64,000 nt of DNA from Candidatus Woesearchaeota archaeon (GCA_964447315.1 CAYURQ010000001.1:27351-91350), one strand, 5' to 3'; counted from the first letter of the stretch, positions 48,561-58,477 are shown. Program-made: numbers and translations. The notes: generated by a model not told the origin, from the letters alone.

Positions 48561-50684
48561 TTAAATTTCAAAAGGAACTCCTGGTTCTGGATTTACTCCA
48601 AAGATATAAATTTCATTCTCAGAATCTTCATAAATTTTTTTAAAATATTCTTTGTCTTCAAATTTATCCATAACCCCCACGTATGATTTAATATCATACT
48701 TTGTTGTTATTATTATCTTTTTTGAATTTATTACTTTCTCCTCCATAGCATCACATCTTCCATCCCTATAAAGATACTGATGAGGATTTATTCCGCAAAA
48801 ATAAAATGTGCAAGAACCAGATTCATTATTTGAAAGATTTTTAATTTTTTCATATGCTGTATATGAATCATTTAGTAAAAATATTTCTTTTATACAATCA
48901 GGGGTTTCAAATGGGTCCTCTGTAGAGTTTCTTGCAAAAACGTGGTAACTTCTACTTCTTTGGGCTATTCCTCTATAATCCCAATCTAAAGAAAGAGAAA
49001 TAATTTGATTGTCAAATGTATCTTCTCTGTCCAAGCTATCAGAAGCTAGATTAAAATACTCCGGAGAGCAAGAAAAAATATTCCTTTCTTCATTTGAATT
49101 ATTAAGTTGAATATACGAATTACTAAAGATTAAAAATGAAATTAAAACTATGAAAATTACTTTAATAAATATTCTTTTTCTGAAAAATAAATTGAGAACA
49201 TTAAATAATCCAAAAGCAGAGATTATAGCTACTAAAGGATTTAAATAACCTATCAATCTGTTCATCATAGGAAATGGAAGGAATAATAAAAAAATTCCTA
49301 TAAGAGTTATAAAAAATATTGATCCGTATTTTTGATTATTTTTATTTTTCATAAGTGAGAATAATCCTATAAAAAAGAATATAATAATAGAAAGATTATA
49401 CATATTCATAAAGGAATTAATAATATTTATTAATCCATCAACTTTCAAATCCCAATTTTCGGACCAAAGAAATAATAATTTTGGATTCCAAAATAAAGAA
49501 ATTAAAAACAAAAATAATGTAGAAATTGATAAAATAATTATGATTACCTTTTTTAGCTTCTCATTATTAGATATGAACCTTTCATAGATTAAATAAGAAA
49601 AAATAAAAATTGCGATTAAAGATCCCATCAGTGTGTGAACTAAAATACCAAGATAAATTATGGGTAGAGATAGAAACAAGTATCTTCTAATATTTTTCTT
49701 AAATAAAAATCGCATTAAAGGGAGGGAGATAATTAAAAATAAGGGCAAGATTATTCCTATGGAGTCTACAAAAGAAAATACCCTTTGAGAAGAATAAGTT
49801 AAATACAATAATAAAAAGAAAAATAGTGTAAAAGTAAATAACAAAATTAAAAATTTTGAAAAGTCAGATTTATTCAAATTCTTAAGATTTTCATTTTCAC
49901 ATACATTATAAAAATAGGAAAGAATTATAGGAAATAGTACCAATATGATTGTTCTTGGAGAAATTTCATATAGTGATATTGGAACAAAATTATATGTTAA
50001 AGTAAAAATTCCTATAAGTGAGGATATCAAAGAAATTCCTTTATTTTTAGTAAAAAGATATGAAAGATTGTATATTCCAAAAGAATATGTGGCGAATAAG
50101 AGAATTTCTAAACAAAAAAGCAAAATATTCTCATATCCTATTAAATTAGAAAAGAAAATTCCAAATGAAGTTAAAAGATGTATACTATTTAGATAGTCTC
50201 CATTGAAATAGAAAAAATTATCTAAAGTTATAAGATTAATTATGTGTCTATGAGTGTTACTATCACATCCAGATAGAATTCCCACCTTAGTAAATCCCAG
50301 GATTAATATAAATGCTACCAAACCTATAAAAACGGATAAGAAAATAGGAGAAATTTTTAATGAAATATTAAACTTTCTATTTAAAATATCTTCTTTAGAT
50401 TTAATAATTGTTCCTAATATAGAGAATAATAATATTAAAATTGAATAAAAAGTAAGATTAAATATTTTAAAGTAATTCATTAAATATCCTAAAACTACTA
50501 AAAAAGTAAACCCAATGCTCCAGTATAAAATAAATTTATTAAAGAAGCTAATCTTTTCTAATTTCAAAGATAATAACCTTATTAATCCAAAAGTTATCGA
50601 ACTACCCACTAAATAAGGAACTATTAGAAATACTGGCAAAACAAATATTGCTTTTAGGATATTATGTATCTGGATGGCATTCAA
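48561..50684 (-). CDS. large polytopic membrane protein with C-terminal soluble domain (glycosylation-related?)
   Basis: 707 aa. More than 12 TM helices in the N-terminal ~470 aa, then a soluble C-terminal domain. No WWDYG AglB motif seen, so the function is only assumed from context. Confidence 0.3.
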   Translation of the reverse strand: MNAIQIHNILKAIFVLPVFLIVPYLVGSSITFGLIRLLSLKLEKISFFNKFILYWSIGFTFLVVLGYLMNYFKIFNLTFYSILILLFSILGTIIKSKEDILNRKFNISLKISPIFLSVFIGLVAFILILGFTKVGILSGCDSNTHRHIINLITLDNFFYFNGDYLNSIHLLTSFGIFFSNLIGYENILLFCLEILLFATYSFGIYNLSYLFTKNKGISLISSLIGIFTLTYNFVPISLYEISPRTIILVLFPIILSYFYNVCENENLKNLNKSDFSKFLILLFTFTLFFFLLLYLTYSSQRVFSFVDSIGIILPLFLIISLPLMRFLFKKNIRRYLFLSLPIIYLGILVHTLMGSLIAIFIFSYLIYERFISNNEKLKKVIIIILSISTLFLFLISLFWNPKLLFLWSENWDLKVDGLINIINSFMNMYNLSIIIFFFIGLFSLMKNKNNQKYGSIFFITLIGIFLLFLPFPMMNRLIGYLNPLVAIISAFGLFNVLNLFFRKRIFIKVIFIVLISFLIFSNSYIQLNNSNEERNIFSCSPEYFNLASDSLDREDTFDNQIISLSLDWDYRGIAQRSRSYHVFARNSTEDPFETPDCIKEIFLLNDSYTAYEKIKNLSNNESGSCTFYFCGINPHQYLYRDGRCDAMEEKVINSKKIIITTKYDIKSYVGVMDKFEDKEYFKKIYEDSENEIYIFGVNPEPGVPFEI

Positions 50685-50764
50685 TATAAAAAATGCCTAC
50701 ATCAAATATATTAAAAAAATTGTTTCTAAAGAAAATATTTTACTCTTAAATTTCATTTTAATAA

Positions 50765-51805
50765 TCACACCATATTTATTACAGATTTAATTGTTTCCTT
50801 TATGCTTTTAAAAAACCCAAGAGATATTCCTTTTTTATAAATTTCTTTGTCAGAAAATATTCTTTTTGATTGTATTTTCTTTCTTTCTATCTTATTCTTC
50901 TTAAGATCTCTAAAAAAAGAAAAGTTTGCCTTACATATTGAAAAAGCATTAGAAAATTTTCCTTTAAAGCAAAATAAAACTATTGATCCAAAACTATATA
51001 TTAGAGAATAGAAAAATATATTTGAGAACACAGAAATTTTTTTCTGAGGATATTTAAAAAGATTAGACAATCTGTTTTTCCATAAGTTAAATAAATAAAA
51101 ATCTGAACGTTCGCTTTTTTTTGAAGATCCCCTTACTTTATGCCAATAAATAGAAGATGGAATTGAAATTATATTATATCCTTTAGTCCAAGCATTCCAT
51201 CCTAAAGACATATCTTCACCATACATAAAGTAATTCTCATCAAAACCTTTTAACTTTAGAAAGATAGTTTTTTTTATGAACATTCCTGCTCCTGAAGGGT
51301 GGAATGTAAATTTTATTTCTTTATCCATCTTATAAATTTTTTTTCCAGAATCTTCTGAAATAAAAGATCCAAATGAAGTTTTTTTTAGATTATTCACTAA
51401 AACTTTATCTTTATTATAATAATCTAACATCAAAGAGGATCCGATAAATAATTTTTTTTCTAGCAAAACATTTATTGCCCCAGAAACCCAATCTTTATCT
51501 ACGGAAGTATCTGAATTAAGAAATGCTAAATATTCTCCTTTAGCAAATCTTGCTCCCTTATTATTTCCTCTTGCAAAACCATAATTTTTCTTAAGTTCCA
51601 ATATTTTTATCCAAGGATATTTATTTTTTGTGTATTCAACAGAATTATCTTGAGAATTATTATCAACCATGATAACTTCATAATTGGATTTTGGATAATT
51701 TATTTTCTTTAGAGAATCAAAACATTCTTTGATATGTTGTTTTCCATTATAATTAAGAACAATTATGCTTACTTTAGGGTAATTTATTTTACTTTTTCTT
51801 TTCAT
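50765..51805 (-). CDS. family 2 glycosyltransferase
   Basis: VSIIVLNYNGKQHIKECFDSL...VIMVDNNSQDNS is the GT2 (GT-A) N-terminal signature. Confidence 0.75.
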   Translation of the reverse strand: MKRKSKINYPKVSIIVLNYNGKQHIKECFDSLKKINYPKSNYEVIMVDNNSQDNSVEYTKNKYPWIKILELKKNYGFARGNNKGARFAKGEYLAFLNSDTSVDKDWVSGAINVLLEKKLFIGSSLMLDYYNKDKVLVNNLKKTSFGSFISEDSGKKIYKMDKEIKFTFHPSGAGMFIKKTIFLKLKGFDENYFMYGEDMSLGWNAWTKGYNIISIPSSIYWHKVRGSSKKSERSDFYLFNLWKNRLSNLFKYPQKKISVFSNIFFYSLIYSFGSIVLFCFKGKFSNAFSICKANFSFFRDLKKNKIERKKIQSKRIFSDKEIYKKGISLGFFKSIKETIKSVINMV

Positions 51806-52988
51806 ATATCTCTTTCATTTTCTCATTTATTTTCTTTGCTATTTTCTCTCTATTAAAATTTTCCTCTGCAAATTTTCTTCCTTCTACTGACATTTCTTTG
51901 ATTTGAATTTCTTTTAAATTATTAATTACATTTGCTAATTCTTTAGGGTTATTTTTGCAAAGGATTCCTGATTTTGATTCATTTATAACATTTTTTATTT
52001 CTCCTTTTCCTGTAGCTATAAATGGTAACCCACAAGACATATACTCATAAACTTTTGTTGGAACAGCATAAACTAAAGAAGGAAGATCTGCTAAAGGGGC
52101 AAATCCAATAAGAGATTTATTTAATATCTCTGGTATTTTTTCTCTTGGAATTGATTCTTTTATTTTTACTTTATTTTCTAATTTTAAATCTTTTATTAAA
52201 TTCTTTAATTTTTCTTTTTCTTCTCCATCACCTACAATTAGCAATTTATAATCTTTAATTTCCTTCATAGCTAAAATTATGTTCTCTATTTTTTGGGCAT
52301 AACCCAATCTACCTGTATAAATAATTATTTTTTCTTTATTAATTTTTAATTCTGGTTTAAATAAATCCATATCAGAACCATTATAAATTACTTCTATTTT
52401 CTTAGAATCCAAATAAGGATGGCTTTTTAACAATAAACTTTTTTGTTTTTTAGAAGTAACTCTTGTAAATTTAGACTTTGATATTAGAAATTTTTCAATC
52501 CATCTTGAAAATTTTTCATTAAAACTTCCTTTTTTTATAAAACCTAAATCTATTCCTGCATCAATCCACAAGTCTCCATAATCTAAAATTGTATCCGTTC
52601 CTTTTATTTTATTAATATATCCTACAAATCCTGTAAACAATGGAGGGGCTATAGCTATGCAAAAATTATATTTTTTTAAAAACAATAAAGAATAAAATGT
52701 TGTGTTAAAAGGGAAGATAAGGTAATAAAGTAATCTTGAGAAAAAAGAAGGTTCTTGTTTTTTTGGTTGCCACGTCCAAATACTAAAAACATTGAACCCA
52801 TATTTTTCTTTCCTTTTATCTATAAAATTCCATTTCCTTTTATATTTCCCAAAAGGATAAGTTGGGTGAGGACAAAAAACATCTACATCATTTCCCAATT
52901 TTGATAAATATTTTGCTAAATCATAAGCTCTAGATGCTCCCCCTCCAAGTTCTGGAGAAAAATTTTGAGAAAGAATCATTATTCTCAT
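51789..52988 (-). CDS. family 4 (GT-B) glycosyltransferase
   Basis: N-terminal MRIMILSQNFSPELGGGASRAYDLAKYL and C-terminal EYMSCGLPFIATGKGEIKNVI are typical GT4 motifs. Confidence 0.75.
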   Translation of the reverse strand: MRIMILSQNFSPELGGGASRAYDLAKYLSKLGNDVDVFCPHPTYPFGKYKRKWNFIDKRKEKYGFNVFSIWTWQPKKQEPSFFSRLLYYLIFPFNTTFYSLLFLKKYNFCIAIAPPLFTGFVGYINKIKGTDTILDYGDLWIDAGIDLGFIKKGSFNEKFSRWIEKFLISKSKFTRVTSKKQKSLLLKSHPYLDSKKIEVIYNGSDMDLFKPELKINKEKIIIYTGRLGYAQKIENIILAMKEIKDYKLLIVGDGEEKEKLKNLIKDLKLENKVKIKESIPREKIPEILNKSLIGFAPLADLPSLVYAVPTKVYEYMSCGLPFIATGKGEIKNVINESKSGILCKNNPKELANVINNLKEIQIKEMSVEGRKFAEENFNREKIAKKINEKMKEIYEKKK

Positions 52989-54070
52989 TTTATCAAAACC
53001 TCCACAATCCTTTTAGAAGTATTTCCATCCCAAAATTCTGGAATTTTTCCTTTTTTGTTTTTTCCTTCTAGAATGTCATTCACAGAGGAAATTATCAATG
53101 ATTTATCTAATCCCGTTAGAATATTCGTTCCTTCTTCTATTGTTATTGGTCTTTCGGTATTTTCTCTTAAGGTTATACAAGGAACACCAAGATAAGTTGT
53201 TTCTTCTTGTATACCTCCTGAATCTGTTAAAATAAGTTTTGAATTTACTACAAGATTCATAAAATTTAGATAATCTAAGGGTTCTGTTATAATTAAATTC
53301 TTCATCTCTTCTAATTCTTTATTCAAACTAAATTTTTCAATATTATTTTTTGTTCTTGGATGTATTGGAAATATTAATTTCTTGTTTTCCTGGACTTTTT
53401 TAATTATATTTAAAAGATTTGATAGGCTTTCCTTATTGTCTACATTACTCGGCCTATGAAGTGTTAATAGTATGTAGTCTTTTTCTTTTAATTTATATTT
53501 TTTGAAAGTATCTTTTTTATTTATCTTATCTAAAAGAAATTTTAAAGTATCAATCATCACATTACCAACAAAAAATATATTTTCTTCTGAAAAGCCTTCT
53601 TTTTTTAAATTTTCTATTCCTGATTTTTCTGTTATAAATAGGTAATTAGATATTCTATCTGTTAATATCCTATTTATTTCTTCCGGCATATTTTTATCAA
53701 AACTTCTCAATCCTGCTTCGACATGAGCAACTTTTATTCCTAATTTTACAGCTACTAAAGAACAAGCAATTGTTGAATTAACATCTCCAACAACTAAAAC
53801 TAAATCTGGTTTTTCTTTGATACAAATCTTTTCAAACTCAATCATTATCTTAGCTGTTTGTTCTGTATGGCTTCCACTTCCAACACCTAAATTATAATCT
53901 GGTTTTGGAATTTCTAAATCTATAAAAAAACTCTCACTCATATTTTTATCATAGTGTTGTCCTGTATGAACCAAAATAGGTTTTATATTAGAATGATTCT
54001 TATATTCTCTCATTAATGGAGCAATCTTCATAAAATTTGGTCTAGCTCCAACGACATTAATAATTTTCAT
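52985..54070 (-). CDS. wecB: UDP-N-acetylglucosamine 2-epimerase (non-hydrolysing)
   Basis: MKIINVVGARPNFMKIAPLMRE...HTGQHYD is diagnostic. 361 aa. Confidence 0.85.
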   Translation of the reverse strand: MKIINVVGARPNFMKIAPLMREYKNHSNIKPILVHTGQHYDKNMSESFFIDLEIPKPDYNLGVGSGSHTEQTAKIMIEFEKICIKEKPDLVLVVGDVNSTIACSLVAVKLGIKVAHVEAGLRSFDKNMPEEINRILTDRISNYLFITEKSGIENLKKEGFSEENIFFVGNVMIDTLKFLLDKINKKDTFKKYKLKEKDYILLTLHRPSNVDNKESLSNLLNIIKKVQENKKLIFPIHPRTKNNIEKFSLNKELEEMKNLIITEPLDYLNFMNLVVNSKLILTDSGGIQEETTYLGVPCITLRENTERPITIEEGTNILTGLDKSLIISSVNDILEGKNKKGKIPEFWDGNTSKRIVEVLIK

Positions 54071-54073
54071 CCC

Positions 54074-54469
54074 TTAAATCCTCCGGGATTTCTTTTTTTC
54101 TTGCTTTTGTTCTTGCTTTTGCTCTTTTTTTTGTTTCTCTAACTCCAAAGGTTTCAATGCAACAATCCTGGTTAATTTTTCTAATCTGTCTTCTGTTTTT
54201 CTGTTTCGTATTGTTAAATAAAAAATAACTATGAACAAAAACATAAATGCTAAAATCATGTATAAATCCATTACACGAATTATGTTTAATGGGTCAAGTA
54301 TTTTGTTAACTTGATTGTGGAGAACCACTAAGAGTATTCCTATAAACCAAATAATATTCCAAAACCATAATCCAACTTTTGTTAAACTTTTTCTTTGATA
54401 TTGCAACATTGTAAAGTAAAACATTGCTAAGATGAATACAATCCCTATAACTTCAAATGCATATACCAT
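54074..54469 (-). CDS. small membrane protein (131 aa, 3-4 TM, Lys/Glu-rich tail)
   Basis: Hydrophobic helices. Position between wecB and the GT2 suggests a GT2-associated membrane partner. Confidence 0.35.
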   Translation of the reverse strand: MVYAFEVIGIVFILAMFYFTMLQYQRKSLTKVGLWFWNIIWFIGILLVVLHNQVNKILDPLNIIRVMDLYMILAFMFLFIVIFYLTIRNRKTEDRLEKLTRIVALKPLELEKQKKEQKQEQKQEKKKSRRI

Positions 54470-54491
54470 TTTATTTTATTTATTATTTTAT

Positions 54492-55184
54492 TTATTTGTT
54501 GAACTTTAAATTTAACATTTTATTTGCTATTTTAATACCATCTATGATGGTTGTTCCTTTTTGATTTTCAAAGTAAATTGTTCTTACTTCTTGAGGAACA
54601 TATCTTATTTTATGTGTTTCAGCATTTATTAACATTTCTGAAGCAACTGCATAATCTCTTGATTTCCATCTTATTTTTCTATATGCATCTGCTGTAAATA
54701 ATCTATATCCTGTTTGAGTATCTCTTACTTTAATTCCAAAAATATATTTTGAAAATACATTAAAGAATTTATTACCCATTTTCTTTACAAAAGGCATTGT
54801 TTTATTAAATGGCCTTTCTCCAAAAACAGCATCACATTTATTTTTTATTAGTGCATTAATTAACTTTGGTATTTCATGAGGGTCGTGCTGTCCATCTCCA
54901 TCTAATGTTATTAATATGTCTGCTCCAAGAATTAAACCAGCATCACATCCTGTTTTAAGTGTTCCACCTAAACCTAAATTTATCTCATGTCGGAGAGCAA
55001 TTGCTCCTGCTTTTCTTGCTAATTCTTGTGTATTGTCAGTGCTTGCATCATCCACAACAATTACTTTGTCAACATACTTTTTTGTGTCTTCAACAACTTT
55101 GCTAATATATTTAGATTCATTATGTGCAGGAATAACAGCAATTATTGTTTTCCCATTCATACCATTATATTGTTTTCTTATCAT
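54492..55184 (-). CDS. family 2 glycosyltransferase, dolichyl-phosphate sugar synthase (DPM1/GtrB)-like
   Basis: IIAVIPAHNESKYISKVVED...VIVVDDASTDNT, with a DxD-type region (ITLDGDGQHD). 230 aa. Confidence 0.8.
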   Translation of the reverse strand: MIRKQYNGMNGKTIIAVIPAHNESKYISKVVEDTKKYVDKVIVVDDASTDNTQELARKAGAIALRHEINLGLGGTLKTGCDAGLILGADILITLDGDGQHDPHEIPKLINALIKNKCDAVFGERPFNKTMPFVKKMGNKFFNVFSKYIFGIKVRDTQTGYRLFTADAYRKIRWKSRDYAVASEMLINAETHKIRYVPQEVRTIYFENQKGTTIIDGIKIANKMLNLKFNK

Positions 55185-55188
55185 TTAA

Positions 55189-55318
55189 ATTTATCCTTTG
55201 ATTTAGTTTGTTTATTATTTATCCTTTGATTTAGTTTGTTTGGTTTGTTTAGTTTCTTTATCTTTTATCATGTTTTTGTTTGGGTTGTTTGGTTGTTTGG
55301 TTTGTTTAGTTTGTTTAT
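55189..55318. repeat. intergenic tandem repeat: 25-nt unit ATTTATCCTTTGATTTAGTTTGTTT x2, then GGTTTGTTT/GTTTAGTTT microsatellite-like run
   Basis: Direct inspection: 55189..55213 and 55217..55241 are identical, then degenerate GTTTG-type repeats run to about 55318. Confidence 0.8.
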
Positions 55319-55321
55319 CAT

Positions 55322-56056
55322 TTATTCTATTGTTTCTGTTACATTCCAGGAATCATCCTGGAATTCGTATTTTTTAATTGAAGAATCTATAATTAAATCT
55401 TGAAGAGCATAAACATGTCTTTTCCTTTCTCTGAGTTTTGGGTTGTTTAAGTATGCAGATATTCCTTTAACGTGTGCTTGTCCAATAAAATAAGGTACTT
55501 TTCCCTGGAATTGCACTTTTTTAGTTAATTTGTCTATGTTTGCTGCACTGACCAAATTTCTATAATCATGGATTACTCCATATTTTAAAGCATCATCAAT
55601 AATTATATGTTCATTTCTTTTTGGGCTTTCAAGAAATATTGATAAAGGAGATCCTAACATCAAATATAAACCAGCAAGTCCTTTTCCTGATTTTTTTAAA
55701 AAATCCCTTCTTGAGAAATCTTTTTTTGGCTTTCCAAAAGAATTTGCAAAAAGAGAAATTCCTATTGTCAATTGAACTGCGTCTGGAAGCAAATAAGAAG
55801 TTTTTGAAGTATCTGGAATATAAATGGGTTTTCCTGCTTCTTGTGCAAATTTTGCTATCTCTCCATAAAAACCATTTTCAATTGATCTGCCCCTTTCACC
55901 ATCTTCAATAAATATTGCTGGTGCATTATCTGCATTTTCTTTAAGAAGATTTTTATTTTTATTGAAAAATTCTTTATTATGTATAACTCCAACTAAATCT
56001 ATATCTATTCCATTAACTTTTTCTTGTAAAATTATTGGTAATTTTTGTTTTTTCAT
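55322..56056 (-). CDS. hypothetical protein (244 aa)
   Basis: ORF only. No motif recognised. Confidence 0.35.
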   Translation of the reverse strand: MKKQKLPIILQEKVNGIDIDLVGVIHNKEFFNKNKNLLKENADNAPAIFIEDGERGRSIENGFYGEIAKFAQEAGKPIYIPDTSKTSYLLPDAVQLTIGISLFANSFGKPKKDFSRRDFLKKSGKGLAGLYLMLGSPLSIFLESPKRNEHIIIDDALKYGVIHDYRNLVSAANIDKLTKKVQFQGKVPYFIGQAHVKGISAYLNNPKLRERKRHVYALQDLIIDSSIKKYEFQDDSWNVTETIE

Positions 56057-56063
56057 TTAAACT

Positions 56064-56450
56064 TTACTCCTTATTGCCTATTGGTCCTTTAAAAATATCT
56101 TTAATTTCTTGAATGGCGAATTGAAGTTTTCCTTGGTGGCTTGGATCTTTGCTATCTAGGTAGTAACTAAGCATTTGGTATCTGTGCTTTGCAGCATTAA
56201 TTACATAATTAACTCCTGCACTTCCTCCATCTTTGAAGTATAAATCAAATATTTGTTCTTCAGGATTACTTGGGGTCGGGATATTGTATCTTTGGAAGAA
56301 TAAAGGGTCTTTTTGCACTATTTCACTTGTTTCTTTTTTAATTATATAAGATAATGAAGGGGTTTTTTCATCAAATACTTGAAATCCTGCTTGTTTAAGT
56401 CTTTCATTAACTTGTTTCATAAATTCTTTTCTTTGTTCTGGGTTTGTCAT
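56064..56450 (-). CDS. small protein (128 aa), paralog of 57971..58318
   Basis: Shares an identical core (VNERLKQAGFQVFDEKTPSLSYIIKKETSEIVQKDPLFFQR) with the 115-aa ORF at 57971. Confidence 0.45.
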   Translation of the reverse strand: MTNPEQRKEFMKQVNERLKQAGFQVFDEKTPSLSYIIKKETSEIVQKDPLFFQRYNIPTPSNPEEQIFDLYFKDGGSAGVNYVINAAKHRYQMLSYYLDSKDPSHQGKLQFAIQEIKDIFKGPIGNKE

Positions 56451-56551
56451 GTAAATATATTCTTAATTTATGTATATAAATGTTATGTTTTGTTGTAATT
56501 TAGAAGTGGTGGTATTATGGTAAGGTTTAATCTTATTTAATAGGGGAATTA

Positions 56552-56612
56552 AAAACTTTCCTTCTGAAAAGGAAAGTTTTATATAAAGTTTCCTTCTTAA
56601 AAGGAAAGTTTT
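56552..56612. promoter_or_regulatory. two tandem palindromes (AAAACTTTCCTT-CTGAA-AAGGAAAGTTTT and TTTCCTT-CTTAA-AAGGAAA), each overlapping a TTTTATATA TATA-like box
   Basis: Perfect 12-bp inverted repeat at 56552..56580 and a 7-bp-arm version at 56589..56607. They lie in the divergent region between 56450(-) and 56640(+); the second TATA-like box is about 25 nt upstream of the 56640 ATG. Confidence 0.5.
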
Positions 56613-56639
56613 ATATATATTAATTGTGTTAAAAAAAGC

Positions 56640-57914
56640 ATGATAAGTCGAGAAATTTTGAAAGATATCTTACTTGAAAAACCAAGACACAAAAAGATAA
56701 TTAAAAGAGACATAAACTTGGTAGATATTGATAAGATTTTTTCTATAATAGGTCCAAGAAGAGCAGGTAAAACTTATTTTCTATTTCAAATAATTGAAAA
56801 TTTAATTGAAAAAGGTGTGGAAGAATCTCAAATTTTATACATTAATTTTGAAGATGATAGATTAAGTGATATTGAAAAGGAGGATTTGCAATTGATACTT
56901 GATACTTTTTATGAGCTTTTTCCAGAAAATAGAAATAAAAAAATTTATTTTATGTTTGATGAGGTACAAAATGTTCCCTCTTGGTCAAAATTTATCAGAA
57001 GATTGCAAGATAAAGAAAATTGCAAAATATATCTTACAGGAAGTTCAGCAAAATTACTTAGCAAAGAGATAGCAACAGAATTAAGAGGAAGAACTTGGTC
57101 GTATTACATTTACCCTTTCTCATTCAAAGAATATCTTTTGAAAAAAGAGATTAATTTAAATAAAAATACAATCTATACAAAAGATAAACATCTTATAATA
57201 AATTATTTTAATAAATATCTAGAACAAGGAGGTTTTCCAGAAACAATTGAGTTAGGAGAAAGAGAAAGAATTATTCTCCATCAAAATTATTATGATAGTG
57301 TTCTTTTTAGAGACATTATAGAAAGATATAATCCCTCTAATGTAGACATTATTAGAGAATTATTTAAAAGTTTAATAAACAATTTTGCTAGATCCTTTTC
57401 TGTTCATAAATTTTATAACAATCTAAAATCTCAAAACAGGGCAATTAGTAAAGATTATCTTTATCCATTAGTTAATTATCTAGAAGATACAATGTATTTC
57501 TTTTTTGTCCCAATATATTCGGAATCCCAAAATATTAGAACAACTAATCCCAAGAAAGTTTATCTCGTGGATAATGGATTAATAAAAAGCATAATTTCTA
57601 AACCAGAGGAAGAAGGATGGCTTTATGAAAACCTAGTGGCAATAGAATTATTAAGGCAGGGAAAAGAGATATCTTATTTTAAAGGTAAAGGAGAATGTGA
57701 TTTTATCTCTATAGATAAAATTAAGAAAATATCTATGCCCATCCAAGTTACTTTAGAGCCTGATTCAGAAAGAGAAATCCAAGGTTTATTAGAAGCAATG
57801 AACAGAATTAATGTAAACCAAGGAACCATTATAACAAAAGCTGAAGATAAGACTATTGAAAAAGAAGGCAAAAAAATAATCATAATTCCTCTTTGGAAAT
57901 GGTTATTAATTTAA
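56640..57914 (+). CDS. COG1373-type AAA+ ATPase
   Basis: 424 aa. Walker A (GPRRAGKTY) and Walker B (IYFMFDEVQ), with the typical COG1373 architecture and a C-terminal restriction-endonuclease-like region. Confidence 0.65.
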   Translation: MISREILKDILLEKPRHKKIIKRDINLVDIDKIFSIIGPRRAGKTYFLFQIIENLIEKGVEESQILYINFEDDRLSDIEKEDLQLILDTFYELFPENRNKKIYFMFDEVQNVPSWSKFIRRLQDKENCKIYLTGSSAKLLSKEIATELRGRTWSYYIYPFSFKEYLLKKEINLNKNTIYTKDKHLIINYFNKYLEQGGFPETIELGERERIILHQNYYDSVLFRDIIERYNPSNVDIIRELFKSLINNFARSFSVHKFYNNLKSQNRAISKDYLYPLVNYLEDTMYFFFVPIYSESQNIRTTNPKKVYLVDNGLIKSIISKPEEEGWLYENLVAIELLRQGKEISYFKGKGECDFISIDKIKKISMPIQVTLEPDSEREIQGLLEAMNRINVNQGTIITKAEDKTIEKEGKKIIIIPLWKWLLI

Positions 57915-57970
57915 GAATTTAATTCCATAAACAAAATTAGCTACACCAATATATACAGAAACTCTCTTTT

Positions 57971-58318
57971 TTATTTTAATAAAAAGAATCCGGCATTACA
58001 TAGGTATTTTGTTACTTTTCCATAATCTGGGTAGTATAAATCAAATATTTTTTCTTCTGGGTTGTTTGGAATGCTTAAATTATGTCTTTGGAAGAATAAA
58101 GGGTCTTTTTGCACTATTTCACTTGTTTCTTTTTTAATTATATAAGATAATGAAGGGGTTTTTTCATCAAATACTTGAAATCCTGCTTGTTTAAGTCTTT
58201 CATTAACTTTTTTCATATATTTTTCTTTTTCTTGTTGTTTCATGTAAATATATGCTTGATTTATGTATTTAAATGTTATGTTTTTGTTGTAATTTAGTAG
58301 TGACAAGTTTATCTCCAT
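57971..58318 (-). CDS. small protein (115 aa), diverged/truncated paralog of 56064..56450
   Basis: Identical central 43 aa, with different N- and C-termini. Confidence 0.35.
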   Translation of the reverse strand: MEINLSLLNYNKNITFKYINQAYIYMKQQEKEKYMKKVNERLKQAGFQVFDEKTPSLSYIIKKETSEIVQKDPLFFQRHNLSIPNNPEEKIFDLYYPDYGKVTKYLCNAGFFLLK

Positions 58319-58477
58319 GTGGTTGGAATATTTTAAGAGAATTAGAGGTTGTTGGAGTTAATTGTGGGTTGGAATATGTTGATAGGATGTTTTGGGATTG
58401 TTGGGGGTGTTTTATGTGGATTTATTTTACCCCTACAAAATAGGAAGATTTATAAATATGTGGGGGTAAATATATTT

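Noticed and set aside
58349-58477. N-terminal extension of the Fic ORF (MLELIVGWNMLIGCFGIVGG…)
   Set aside because: It is a translation of the family-2 G/T-rich element. The start was moved to Met at 58478, which has a normal Lys-rich N-terminus.
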